The notes: generated from the sequence alone by a model not told the origin. A DNA stretch of 64,000 bases from Candidatus Omnitrophota bacterium (GCA_037131245.1 JBAXRK010000001.1:152385-216384); one strand, 5' to 3'. Shown: positions 10,471-20,581, numbered from the stretch's first letter. Program-made: numbers and translations.

Positions 10471-11463
10471 TTATTCGTCGGCTTCGCTCAATCCCGCCAG
10501 CAGACAACCACGGGCCGTCGCGTAAAGGGGCTCATCGGCCAGCCGGACATCAGCGATATCGATCGGCAATGTCACCTTCTTGAGCTCTTCCTTGAAGACG
10601 TCAACGAATCCGCCGATCATACAGGACCCGCCGGCACACACGATATCGATCGCCTCGGGAAATTGCGGCATTGATTCAGCTTTTTCGAACTTGTTCTTAA
10701 TGTTCACCAGCGTATAGTTGATCAGATTGCGGTAATAGATGCAAACCGCCTCTTCTTCGCGGCCATTGGGCTTGTGGATATTGATGCCTTTTTCCTTGAT
10801 CGCCGTCGCGCGGGTGGTCTTGATGCCCAAAACCTGCGCCACGTTGCGGTCGATCCAGTCGCCGGCGCGACTGGTGGCGAAACTGATCGCGGGGATCGTG
10901 CGGTACGATACGCAAATGTTGAACATGCCGCCGCCGCCCGAAATGCCGATGCCGGTAAAATCCTTGTCTTCCAGCGACGCGAAAACGACCGCGTGGCCTT
11001 CATTCATGGGCTTGGGGTTATAGCCCAGGTTCTTCAGCGCGCCAACAATGACGCTGGTGTGATAAACGATATTGAACGTCGCGTCCACCGGATCGGCGGG
11101 GATCGAAAAATAACACAGCTGATTCTTCACGTCGGGCTTGCCCAGCACCGCTTCGATCAAAAGGCCGAAGATCGGCACCGCGTCCGCTTCACCCGGGCTC
11201 ATGACGCCATCCGACATCGGGCGGCGCACGACCTTGTTCATGATATTCGCCAGCTCAAAGGCGGAATCGCCGAGCACATACACCTTATTGCCCATTTCAG
11301 CGTACTGCACTTTCTGCTTCTTGAGCATGTTCTTGGTGAATGAATTCGCTTCGATGTCCAGGAAACAATGGCGCATGAGCTTCAGCTTGATCTTGCCGTC
11401 AGCTCCCTGCTCGGCCCCGACCAGGTTCATTGTCCCGACGTCCAACCCTTTGACTTTACCCAT
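10471..11463 (-). CDS. Actin-like ATPase (MamK/Mad28 class)
   Basis: GLDVGTMNLVG, GIGISGGGGMFNICVS, IVCAGGSCMIGGF and the C-terminal ARGCLLAG motif match the actin/MreB/ParM fold signature order. Confidence 0.8.
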   Translation of the reverse strand: MGKVKGLDVGTMNLVGAEQGADGKIKLKLMRHCFLDIEANSFTKNMLKKQKVQYAEMGNKVYVLGDSAFELANIMNKVVRRPMSDGVMSPGEADAVPIFGLLIEAVLGKPDVKNQLCYFSIPADPVDATFNIVYHTSVIVGALKNLGYNPKPMNEGHAVVFASLEDKDFTGIGISGGGGMFNICVSYRTIPAISFATSRAGDWIDRNVAQVLGIKTTRATAIKEKGINIHKPNGREEEAVCIYYRNLINYTLVNIKNKFEKAESMPQFPEAIDIVCAGGSCMIGGFVDVFKEELKKVTLPIDIADVRLADEPLYATARGCLLAGLSEADE

Positions 11464-11490
11464 ATATCCGACTCCTGTTGAATTTTATAA

Positions 11491-12304
11491 TTATGCCGCG
11501 ACCGGTTGTTTCGTTCCAGTCTTGTAATAATGGCCCCGGGCGCGAGCGCGGGTGTCCGCCAGCATCAGGCGGATCTCGTCCAAACTCTCCTTGGCCTTCT
11601 CCAGCTCATGCTGATAACGATCGCGCTCGGTGATGACGCTGCTAAGCTCATTATCGGACTTTTCCAGCTTGCCGGCGACGCTTTCCTTCTCGTCTTCCAG
11701 CAAAGAGATCTGGTGATGAAAACTCTGAATGGTTTTGTTCGCGCTGGAGAGCTCAAGCTCGATCTGCTCCACGCGGGAATCGCGGCTTTCGCATTCTTTT
11801 TCGAGCGCGGCCACTTTATTCTCGCCGTCCTTGATCAGCGCGTCACGCGCCTCAAGATCTTCCTCGAGCGACTTGATCTTGCCAACGGTATCGAGCCGTT
11901 CGTTCTCCAGGAACTCCAGCTCGCTGCTGAGCTCTTCCTGGGAAACCAGAAGGCCCTTCATCTCTTTAATTTTGGCTTCGGCCAGCCCGGCTTTTTCTTC
12001 AGCCTTGGCGACTTTTTCCTTAAGGTGATTGATCTCTTTTTCCTGGGCATCCTTCAGGCTGAAGGCCGCGTCCAGCTGCTTTTCCAGGTCGCCGATGATC
12101 TCAAAAACGCTCGCCTTCTCTTCGTCGGGAGACATCATGTACTTGGTGGCTTCCTTGACCTGCCTGACCGCTGTGCGAATGGAGCTTTTAGCTTCCACCG
12201 CCGGCGCTGCCGAGCCGGGCCGCGCTGAAGACGTCCGGAGTGTTGACTGCAAAAGAGGATTATCGATAAGCCTTCCCCTTCTTGAATCCGTGCCCCTGCC
12301 CGCG

Positions 12305-12327
<23 letters not shown>
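11491..12327 (-). CDS. Coiled-coil protein with basic disordered N-terminus
   Basis: N-terminal 60 aa are R/S/G/A-rich. The centre is long heptad-like E/K/L sequence. Basic tail RARARGHYYKTGTKQ. Overlaps the ParA-like gene end by 23 nt. Confidence 0.7.
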
Positions 12328-13063
<736 letters not shown>

Positions 13064-13067
13064 ATTT

Positions 13068-13361
13068 TCAGTTCGCTTTCTTCAATCTCAAAAAAGCATT
13101 GCTGTCGCTGAGCACCGAACCCGCCCAGAAGCAGACCGCGTTAACCATGGATTTGATCTTTTTCTCCACCGGCTTCGCTACCGGAACGATCTTCAGGACC
13201 GGAGCTTCAGCCTGCGCCTTGCGGATCTTTGACGCTGTCCGCTTCACGGCCTTTTTTGAAGAAACAGGCTTCGGGAACAACACCACTTTCGACGGCATGG
13301 CGGGCGAGTCGAATGCTTCGCTCGCCGCGCTTTTCTTTACTGGCTTTTTAGCTTTTGCCAT
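13068..13361 (-). CDS. Small lysine-rich basic protein
   Basis: 97-aa ORF MAKAKKPVKKSAAS..., low complexity K/P/A/V. Ends 5 nt before the ParA-like start. Confidence 0.5.
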   Translation of the reverse strand: MAKAKKPVKKSAASEAFDSPAMPSKVVLFPKPVSSKKAVKRTASKIRKAQAEAPVLKIVPVAKPVEKKIKSMVNAVCFWAGSVLSDSNAFLRLKKAN

Positions 13362-13370
13362 TAGCCGACC

Positions 13371-13559
13371 TTACGCCTGGGCGTAACCCTCGTAAAATGA
13401 TTCCTTGGCGTCATCGATGACCGCGCTGACTTTGTCGCCGATACCGGAAACAGAGCCCTTGACCTTCTTGATAAGGCCCGGATTCTGCTTTTCCAGGATC
13501 TTGTAACCGACCACACCGATAAAAGCCACTGCCACAACTGTGAGTAATCCCTTAATCAT
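13371..13559 (-). CDS. Small membrane-anchored protein
   Basis: 62-aa ORF with an N-terminal hydrophobic helix LLTVVAVAFIGVVGY followed by an amphipathic tail. Confidence 0.5.
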   Translation of the reverse strand: MIKGLLTVVAVAFIGVVGYKILEKQNPGLIKKVKGSVSGIGDKVSAVIDDAKESFYEGYAQA

Positions 13560-13604
13560 GTGAACCCCCTTGTTATTTTCCCTGAAACCTTTTTTACAAC
13601 TCCC

Positions 13605-14726
13605 CTATTTCTTCTCGCGGCCGAACGATGTCTGATGGTCCCGCCACCAGTACCGCCACCCTTCGATCGCGTCGTCTTTCGCTTTCTTCGACGCGGAAAC
13701 CTTGAAATCAAAATCTTCCTTGGTGATCTTCTTAAGCGCCGCGGAGGCGCTCTCCTGCACCTCATCGGAAGGATCGCTGAGGAGTGAGATCAACGCCGAG
13801 ATCGCCATATGGCTGCGCAGCGTACCCACAATCCCCGCCGCCGATTTGCGCACGCCGGGGTCAATATCATGAAGAGATTTTAGCGCGAACGGCAAACAGC
13901 GCTCGCTGAAAGACCAGCACAGGCAATTTAAGATCTGCCGGCGCACCTCGTGGTTCTTGTCTTTGATCAACGAGGTGAGATAGCCGAACGCCTCTTCATC
14001 ATTATATTTTGAAATAGCGCGCAACGCCGCCAGGCGGACACCGGTATCCCCGTGAGAAAGATAATCCGTGAACAGCTGCTTCGGCAAGCGGGTTTCCGCG
14101 CCGATCGCGCCAAGGGCGTTTAATATCTCGATGGTCTGCAGCGCGTCCTGCTCACTGGCGAGAACCTGCCTGAGGCCGGCGATCATCGTCGGACGCGACA
14201 GTTTTTTGATCTCACCGAGCGCTTCCATGCGCTGCACCTTGCTTGATGAACGCAGGTCGCGGAAATAAATTTCGGCCCGGACCTGCTCCGACTTGCTCGC
14301 GAACTGCACCCCTTGCAAAACATTATCCTGGCTGACGATCCTGGCCGGAGCGGCAACCTCCGCCACGGGCGCAACCGGCGCCGCGGGCGCTACAACATCA
14401 ATATGCCGAATGATCGGCGCAACCGTCGGCAGTGACGCCTTGGGCGCTTCAACGGCAACGGCAGGAATGACCGGCGCGGCAACCTTGACCGGTTTGGCGC
14501 AGGGCATGCTCAAAAGATTTTTAAAGAAACAAGGCTTCGGTGCCGCGGGCTTAACGGCAGCCACCGGCGCGGACGCCGCGCGCGCGGGCCTTGACGACGG
14601 AGAAAGATACTTGAACTCTTTCTCCAAAGAGCGGACGGTCGAACCTAGAAAACGGGCAAAATCATTCGGCACGGCTAAAAGTCCTCTGGTTGGCATAATG
14701 ACCCTTTTCTCGTAAACCATTTGCAT
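13605..14726 (-). CDS. HEAT-repeat (PBS-lyase type) protein, Mad23-like class (tentative)
   Basis: The C-terminal half has repeated units ...GDTGVRLAALRAISKY..., ...DKNHEVRRQILNCL..., ...DIDPGVRKSAAGIVGTL..., ...DPSDEVQESASAALKKI... The N-terminal half is Ala/Pro/Val-rich. Confidence 0.75.
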   Translation of the reverse strand: MQMVYEKRVIMPTRGLLAVPNDFARFLGSTVRSLEKEFKYLSPSSRPARAASAPVAAVKPAAPKPCFFKNLLSMPCAKPVKVAAPVIPAVAVEAPKASLPTVAPIIRHIDVVAPAAPVAPVAEVAAPARIVSQDNVLQGVQFASKSEQVRAEIYFRDLRSSSKVQRMEALGEIKKLSRPTMIAGLRQVLASEQDALQTIEILNALGAIGAETRLPKQLFTDYLSHGDTGVRLAALRAISKYNDEEAFGYLTSLIKDKNHEVRRQILNCLCWSFSERCLPFALKSLHDIDPGVRKSAAGIVGTLRSHMAISALISLLSDPSDEVQESASAALKKITKEDFDFKVSASKKAKDDAIEGWRYWWRDHQTSFGREKK

Positions 14727-14775
14727 TATAAGGTTAACCGCACAAAATGCAACAATTTACCGATAATATCTTATT

Positions 14776-14955
14776 TTAACCCTTTTTGAGGTTGATCGCT
14801 TCGCGCTTCTTCTCTACATAATCTATAAGCCCCGCCAGGCGCTCAACTTCCAGCTCCAGGTCCTTGCTGTGGCCGCCATATTCAAGGCGCACCCGGCCGT
14901 CCCGATGCCATTCATAGAATTGCCTGCCAAGCTCAAGAAATGACCGGTTGCTCAT
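14776..14955 (-). CDS. Small hypothetical protein (59 aa), below ORF-track cutoff
   Basis: Hand translation: MSNRSFLELGRQFYEWHRDGRVRLEYGGHSKDLELEVERLAGLIDYVEKKREAINLKKG. Its ATG overlaps the TGA of the upstream 102-aa gene (ATGA at 14952..14955). Confidence 0.55.
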   Translation of the reverse strand: MSNRSFLELGRQFYEWHRDGRVRLEYGGHSKDLELEVERLAGLIDYVEKKREAINLKKG

Positions 14956-15260
14956 GCTTTCAAGTCCTTAAAAAAAGTCTTCACTTCGCGGCCGACGATC
15001 CCCGAAACCCGCCCCACGCAAAAAGCCGCGTCCCCGATGAGGTCCACCGGGGTAACATCCTTATTGTTATCCTTAAGCTGCTGTTTCATGTCCTTGAACA
15101 TCGCCACCGTTTCATCGGCGATCTTTTTTCCTTTTTTGCCATCTTTGCCGTCTTCAAGGATAATGTCCGCCACACGGTCAGCCCCGCGCGACAAGCGCTT
15201 GCCGATACCGGCCACCGACTTTTTGATCGCTTGCTTCTTGCGGGCTTTTTTAACGCTCAT
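14952..15260 (-). CDS. Small lysine-rich protein
   Basis: 102-aa ORF MSVKKARKKQAIKK... 4-nt overlap with the upstream HEAT gene. Confidence 0.55.
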   Translation of the reverse strand: MSVKKARKKQAIKKSVAGIGKRLSRGADRVADIILEDGKDGKKGKKIADETVAMFKDMKQQLKDNNKDVTPVDLIGDAAFCVGRVSGIVGREVKTFFKDLKA

Positions 15261-17152
15261 ACCGTGGCTGCCTTTTTAGCGGTCTTCGCAGGCTTCGAGG
15301 CCTGCGGGGTCTTTGCGGGCTTCTCCGTTTTGACGGGGATCACCGCGACAGGTTCTTTTTCCATATTAGCGTATTTCAGGCGCATGTCGCGCAGAAAACG
15401 CGGCCTGGTATAACTTTCTTTCAGCATGATCTTCCACTGACGGACCGCGCGGGCACGCTCAACTTCAGGCGCCCCGCAATCATAGCCCAGGTCGGTGCCG
15501 GTCATGAGCAGCAACGCCGAGATAGCTTCTTTGCGCACCTTGATGTTCACCGACTCCAAGAGTGGCACGGTGCTCACAAAAGAAAAATGATTCGACATCA
15601 TTCCCAGCTTGCGCACAGCAATGCGCGCGACCATCTCATCGTTGTCGCGCGACAGGCGGGCGAGAGCGGTCGCGTCCGGCTCATTGCCATTATGGTCCAA
15701 ATGATTGACGATAAAGCGGCGGACATTCGCGTCGCGGTCATTGACGGCGGACACGATCACATGCTTGGATTCATCGGAGTCAAGCTTGACGAGCCCCATC
15801 ATGCCGGCCAGGCGCATGGATGAGCTCTCGTCCGTAATAAAGCGGCGGTACAGATCGACCATCGTCGGATAATCCAGCTTGCCCAGCAAATTGATGAGCT
15901 GCCGGCGCATAAAGACCTCGGAACCCCTGACCAACTCGTAAAGGTAGGGCACCACGCGGCGCGGCGCGTTGCGGAACAGCGTGTGCAAAATGGACAGCTT
16001 CTCGTTCTGGTCCACCGCTTCACTGAGCAGCTTGCGCGCGCCCGTCTCAAAAAGGCCGTAATCGAGTTTCTCGACCTGATCATCGCCCCCGTTGGTGTCG
16101 TCCGAGTCGTCGTCCGCGACTTCTTCCGCGTCCTCTTCAACCGAAGCTTCTTCCTGTAGCTCTTGCGCGGCGGATTCTTCGGCTAAAGCTTCCTCAAATT
16201 CTTCCTCGACTGGAAGAGGCTCTTCGATAACCTCTTCAGACTCCGGCAAGGCCTCTTGCGAACGCATGACCACCTGCGGCTGCGCAAGCCCCGCGCGAAC
16301 ATCCTCGGCGTAAACCGATTTGATGTTATTAAAAAGGTCCACCACCTCGCCGATCAGCCCGTCAATGCGCCGGGACGTTTCCGCGGCGTCGAGTTCCAAT
16401 TCCTTCAAAAAATCCTCTTCGGGTTTCCAGACCATATTGTCCTTATCTTCCGCGAAAAATTGTTTTTTCTTTTCCATAACCAGGCGGATCGCCTCCTGTT
16501 TCTTCTCCATCAACGCAATAGCCGCCCGGAACTTTTCATCGACGGCGGACTGGCAGACAGCGGTCTTGTCACCCGTCGAATACAAAAGGCCGACGGTGAT
16601 GCCGTCATTGAAATCATTGCGGATCTCGCGCAATTTCCTTAAATTCACATGATGCTCGATGAGCAGTTTGGTATACGGCTCGATCTGGCCGCGGCGCTCA
16701 AAGCCCAGATTACGTGTATCACGGCGTTCCACTGTTGGCTCTTTAACGGCCTGCGCGGGCGCTTCAACCGCCTGCTGCATGGATGGCAGCGCGTTAGCCA
16801 GGACATTCCCAACACCTTTGATGACGGCCGCCACCGCGTTCTTTTTAGGAGACGCTTTAACCGCCACGGCCGGCTTAGCCTGTTTTTTCACGACCGGCAC
16901 CTGAACCTTGGCCTTACGTTTCACCATCACAAAAGGATCGAGCCTGGGTTTGCGGTCAGAGATCTTCCCAACCACGACATCCCGGATCAGTCGCTTGGCC
17001 TCCGCGGCCAGCGCCGGATCTTCATACTCAACAAAGTAAGAGATCCCGCCGGATTGAATGTTCTCATACAACAAACGCCCCAACGACGTGTACAGCGAAT
17101 CGCGCTGCGTATCGCACTCTTTTAAAAGGTCCTGTTTCTTTTTGATCGCCAT
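15257..17152 (-). CDS. HEAT-repeat protein with central Glu/Asp-rich acidic tract
   Basis: 631 aa. Acidic tract EEVIEEPLPVEEEFEEALAEESAAQELQEEASVEEDAEEVADDDSDD. C-terminal HEAT-like units (DESSSMRLAGMMGL, DRDANVRRFIVNHL, DNDEMVARIAVRKL, NIKVRKEAISALL). Confidence 0.75.
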   Translation of the reverse strand: MAIKKKQDLLKECDTQRDSLYTSLGRLLYENIQSGGISYFVEYEDPALAAEAKRLIRDVVVGKISDRKPRLDPFVMVKRKAKVQVPVVKKQAKPAVAVKASPKKNAVAAVIKGVGNVLANALPSMQQAVEAPAQAVKEPTVERRDTRNLGFERRGQIEPYTKLLIEHHVNLRKLREIRNDFNDGITVGLLYSTGDKTAVCQSAVDEKFRAAIALMEKKQEAIRLVMEKKKQFFAEDKDNMVWKPEEDFLKELELDAAETSRRIDGLIGEVVDLFNNIKSVYAEDVRAGLAQPQVVMRSQEALPESEEVIEEPLPVEEEFEEALAEESAAQELQEEASVEEDAEEVADDDSDDTNGGDDQVEKLDYGLFETGARKLLSEAVDQNEKLSILHTLFRNAPRRVVPYLYELVRGSEVFMRRQLINLLGKLDYPTMVDLYRRFITDESSSMRLAGMMGLVKLDSDESKHVIVSAVNDRDANVRRFIVNHLDHNGNEPDATALARLSRDNDEMVARIAVRKLGMMSNHFSFVSTVPLLESVNIKVRKEAISALLLMTGTDLGYDCGAPEVERARAVRQWKIMLKESYTRPRFLRDMRLKYANMEKEPVAVIPVKTEKPAKTPQASKPAKTAKKAATV

Positions 17153-17170
17153 TAAAAAACTTTCAGCTAT

Positions 17171-17785
17171 TTATGCTTCTTTAACTTCTTCCGTGATCTG
17201 CGCGATCTCCTGCTCGAGCTCGGCATTCGACGGGGAAACTTGCTCGACTTTAACAGCTTCCTCTGCGGCCGGTGCCTCAACGGGCGCTTCCACCTCCGCG
17301 GCGGGAGCCACGTCAACATCCTTCACAAACTTCTCCAGCCTTGATTTGGTCTTGCGAGCACCCTTAACCTTACTCTTGGCCTTGGCAACCGTCGTGGCAG
17401 CCGCTTTGGCAGCGCCGCGCTCGGGCTTAACAGAGGTCATGCCGGCCTTGAACGAATCGGTCATGTCGGCGGTGCTTTTCTTGACGATCTCGGTGACCTT
17501 GCCGTACACGTCCGCCGTGGTCTCACTGACCTTCTCGCAGAATGACTCTGTCACTTTCAAAACTTTCTTCCAGGGCTCGCTGTCAGCCGCTTTGCGTAAA
17601 CCGGCCGCCTTGCTAAGTCCCGACACCTTCCCCTTAACCTTCTTGCACAAAGCGCCGGTGCCATAAGAGACTTTTTTAACCACATTGCCCTTAACGACTT
17701 TACCGGCTTTCTTTGCCACCACCACTTCCTCGACCTTGGCTTCCGCCGCGGCCTTAACTGCCTGCTTAGCTCTTTTTGTGACCAT
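17171..17785 (-). CDS. Lysine/alanine-rich low-complexity protein
   Basis: 204-aa ORF, K/A/V-rich with an acidic C-terminal tail (ELEQEIAQITEEVKEA). Confidence 0.5.
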   Translation of the reverse strand: MVTKRAKQAVKAAAEAKVEEVVVAKKAGKVVKGNVVKKVSYGTGALCKKVKGKVSGLSKAAGLRKAADSEPWKKVLKVTESFCEKVSETTADVYGKVTEIVKKSTADMTDSFKAGMTSVKPERGAAKAAATTVAKAKSKVKGARKTKSRLEKFVKDVDVAPAAEVEAPVEAPAAEEAVKVEQVSPSNAELEQEIAQITEEVKEA

Positions 17786-18959
17786 TTTTGGTATCCTTCT
17801 TTCTTTCCGGCATCACTTTGCCTAATGCTTTTTCCGCTGCTTTTTTAACGCTATCTTCTTTATCCGACAATAGCTCCTTAACGACCCGAAGCGAACCTTC
17901 GGGCTTCACGATCGACACCATCTCAATGAGGCTGATACGCACATACGGGCTTTTATCCGCCTTCGCCGCTACCGCCTTGGCCACGCCGTCCTTACCGTAA
18001 TAAATACCAAGGTAAGTCACCGCCAGGCCGCGGATATGTTCATTCACATCCTTAAGCAAACGCTCCAGGATCGCGCCGTTCTTCGGGCTCACGTGCGTGC
18101 CCAGACCTTTAAGCGCCGCCACCCGCACCGCTTCCTCGGGATCGGCCAGGCCCAGCTCAAAATAACCTTCCGCATCGGCATCTTTCATTCGGGTGACACT
18201 TTTAATGACCGAAAGCCGGATGCGAACACTAGGGTCCTTCAGCAGGAACTCATACGCCCGGCGCAACACCGCCTTGCTGGAGAGGTGCGCGATCTGGCCG
18301 ATGCCGATCTCGCGCTCGCGCTCTTCGCCGGACTTGAGCAATTTCAAATTATTTTCAAAGATCCTTTTATCCGCGTCCGACGTGAAGTCCCCGGTATGAA
18401 GAATGTCCTCCAAGGCGTCCCGTGACGGCATGTGGGGCACGGCCACGGCTTCCTCGATCGCGACCTCTTCCTTGACAACACGGCCGATCTGGTCCTCTTC
18501 GTAATTGTCAACCTTGACCGTCACCTCTTCCGCCGCTTCTTCCGGCGTTAGAACCGGCACCGCGGGCGCCTCTTCTGCCTTTTCAACAAGCATGACAGCG
18601 GTGATCATCGGCTCCTTAACGCGCGGCTTCGGGGCCTCTTCCACTTCTTCAACCTCAAAAGTCCCTTCGGGTTCCTCAACCTCCGCGACTTCCTCGACTT
18701 CCTCGACCGCTTCTTCCTCCAAGGCCTCCTCAACTTCTTCTTCCTCATCGGCGGCATCGTCAAGCTTCTCGATGCGGTCCTCGAGATAATTCATCAAGGT
18801 GAGCAGGCGGTCGACCTCTTTCTTCTCGGATTCGCCCTCGAAGGTGTAACGGAACCTGACATCCTGCGTGCGTGATAACTCAAAAAGCTTCTCGCCGAAC
18901 AGGAAGATCAGTTTTCTCTGTTTCTGTTCCAACTCCCTAAGCTGCTGCTCCATGTTCAC
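17766..18959 (-). CDS. HEAT-repeat protein with N-terminal acidic tract
   Basis: 397 aa. Acidic tract DDAADEEEEVEEALEEEAVEEVEEVAEVEEPEG. HEAT-like units (DPSVRIRLSVIKSV, DPEEAVRVAALKGL, DVNEHIRGLAVTYL, DKSPYVRISLIEMV, DKEDSVKKAAEKAL). Confidence 0.75.
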   Translation of the reverse strand: MNMEQQLRELEQKQRKLIFLFGEKLFELSRTQDVRFRYTFEGESEKKEVDRLLTLMNYLEDRIEKLDDAADEEEEVEEALEEEAVEEVEEVAEVEEPEGTFEVEEVEEAPKPRVKEPMITAVMLVEKAEEAPAVPVLTPEEAAEEVTVKVDNYEEDQIGRVVKEEVAIEEAVAVPHMPSRDALEDILHTGDFTSDADKRIFENNLKLLKSGEEREREIGIGQIAHLSSKAVLRRAYEFLLKDPSVRIRLSVIKSVTRMKDADAEGYFELGLADPEEAVRVAALKGLGTHVSPKNGAILERLLKDVNEHIRGLAVTYLGIYYGKDGVAKAVAAKADKSPYVRISLIEMVSIVKPEGSLRVVKELLSDKEDSVKKAAEKALGKVMPERKKDTKNGHKKS

Positions 18960-19708
18960 TTGCCTCCCGAAAAAATTGATCCAAAGAACCCCGCCAATCC
19001 GCCGGCCTTTTTATATTGCGCCCTGGGGTTACCCAATGTTTGCGGATCTTCAAAATTTTTCCAAACGCTGATATTATCGATGACCGTCTTATCGAGCGCG
19101 ATGCTCGCGCCCTCGCATTCAATAACGTAAGCGGGATAGGTCTGGTGAAGCTTCACGACCACACCCGGACGGACGCACAAGCCTTCCAGTTTATGCAACT
19201 GCTGGTCACTTTTACAATTGATGTACGCGATGCGGGCCGACTCGCCCACCTTCACGTCTGCCAGCGGGATAATAAAGCTCATGTCGGTCTTTTTGGCCTG
19301 TTTACAGCAATCCCCCTCGGGGATCGGCAAGCCATGCGGGCACTCTTTCGGATGGCCCAAAAGCGTACAAATACCGTTGACCAGCTCCAGCGACACCGTA
19401 TGCTCGAATTCACAGGCGATCTTTTCCATATCGCCGCCGCCCAGGACGTCGGCAATAAGGCGCTCCGCCAGGCGATGCGCGCGGATCAGCTGGCGGGCGC
19501 GAAGCTCGCCGTCCTCGGTCAACTTAACGGTCGTGCCATCCTTACTTAGGTCGATCAGGCCGCGGCAGGAAAGTTCCTGAAGCTGAGCCAGGTCAAAAGC
19601 GCTTTTCATCAGGCGCTTTAAAAACGCGACTGAAGTATCGCCGCGCTCTTTCATATGCCACAGCTGCTCAATATGTTCGTCCTGCTCAACCCTTTTGCTC
19701 ATGACCAT
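18956..19708 (-). CDS. DtxR-family metalloregulator fused to a FeoA-like domain
   Basis: N-terminal wHTH plus dimerisation region (RARQLIRAHRLAERLIADVLG, HPKECPHG). C-terminal SH3-like FeoA segment (LADVKVGESARIAYINCKSDQQLHKLEGLCVRPGVVVKL). Confidence 0.8.
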   Translation of the reverse strand: MVMSKRVEQDEHIEQLWHMKERGDTSVAFLKRLMKSAFDLAQLQELSCRGLIDLSKDGTTVKLTEDGELRARQLIRAHRLAERLIADVLGGGDMEKIACEFEHTVSLELVNGICTLLGHPKECPHGLPIPEGDCCKQAKKTDMSFIIPLADVKVGESARIAYINCKSDQQLHKLEGLCVRPGVVVKLHQTYPAYVIECEGASIALDKTVIDNISVWKNFEDPQTLGNPRAQYKKAGGLAGFFGSIFSGGK

Positions 19709-20556
19709 GCTTTTTCTACCACCCTTCCCGTGCCCAGCGCCAGCACCCCAAAAAGCAACAGAGCCAACAACGGCACCGACAGTGACGCGCGGGAAACCAC
19801 CGCCATCACCACAGCCAGCGGCTTATGGACCAGCGTCTCCTGCACCGTCGATATTTTTCCGTTAAGATTCGCGCGCGATAAAGCCTCGATCGACTGCACC
19901 CAGGAGCGCCAGGCGCCCTGTTCCTGAGGGGTCATGCGGATAACACGCGATGGCTTTTCGAACTGCGCCACGCGGACCTTCCAGCTGTCGCTCAGCAGGA
20001 GCTCATCGTTCATTTCCAAATGATCAGAGGTAATGCCTTTGACGAAAATGCGGCTTTCAAAGTCGGTGATCAGCGCTTCTTTGCCTTCCAGCGCAATGCC
20101 AAAAGCTGTACCACGGACACCGGCAATAGCGACCGGCGTGCGCACCTTGAAGGTGGAGCCTTTTTCCAGGCCATCGAGTTTCACCATCACGCTGCCGCGG
20201 TCCATGAACAGGCGGGTCAAGCGCTCGATGCGGGAACTTTCAAAAACGATACGGGAATTGGCATTGATCTTGATGACATTCTTGAGGCTGTCATCGTAGG
20301 CGACCTCAACGTAAGCGCCATCACCGGTGATGATCTTGTCCTGGGCATTAAGCATCATGCCGATGACGGGCGTGATCGTTTCATTCGCCCGCACAATGGT
20401 CACGGAGCCTGCCATGCGCAAAACACGCGCGCGGTCCGGCGTATCACTGCAAAGAAAATTCACCGCTAGGAGAACGGCCAGGAGAGCGCCCCCGATCAGA
20501 AGGATCAGGGACTGATGGCCAAGGAACCAATTGCCGGATGTGTCGGAACGGACCAT
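19699..20556 (-). CDS. FecR-domain membrane protein
   Basis: N-terminal TM, then a FecR-like beta region (GSVTIVRANE...IITGDGAYVEVAYDD...FKVRTPVAIAGVRGTAFGI). C-terminal TM. Confidence 0.65.
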   Translation of the reverse strand: MVRSDTSGNWFLGHQSLILLIGGALLAVLLAVNFLCSDTPDRARVLRMAGSVTIVRANETITPVIGMMLNAQDKIITGDGAYVEVAYDDSLKNVIKINANSRIVFESSRIERLTRLFMDRGSVMVKLDGLEKGSTFKVRTPVAIAGVRGTAFGIALEGKEALITDFESRIFVKGITSDHLEMNDELLLSDSWKVRVAQFEKPSRVIRMTPQEQGAWRSWVQSIEALSRANLNGKISTVQETLVHKPLAVVMAVVSRASLSVPLLALLLFGVLALGTGRVVEKAWS

Positions 20557-20581
20557 TGAACGAACTCTTTAGATGATTGAA

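Noticed and set aside
9520-10674. Long plus-strand ORFs (for example 9520..10674 384 aa, 47983..49140 385 aa, 49675..50811 378 aa, 2146..2940, 28123..28710) lying opposite the minus-strand genes
   Set aside because: Each lies antisense to a minus-strand ORF with clear domain motifs. Their translations are R/H/G/L-rich low-information sequence typical of shadow frames in GC-rich DNA, and none has an RBS or a sensible neighbour.
13556-13765. 69-aa Arg-rich minus-strand ORF overlapping the end of the HEAT-373 gene
   Set aside because: It is an alternative frame of a well-supported HEAT-repeat gene with an R/K/P-rich nonsense-like product. This is a shadow ORF.
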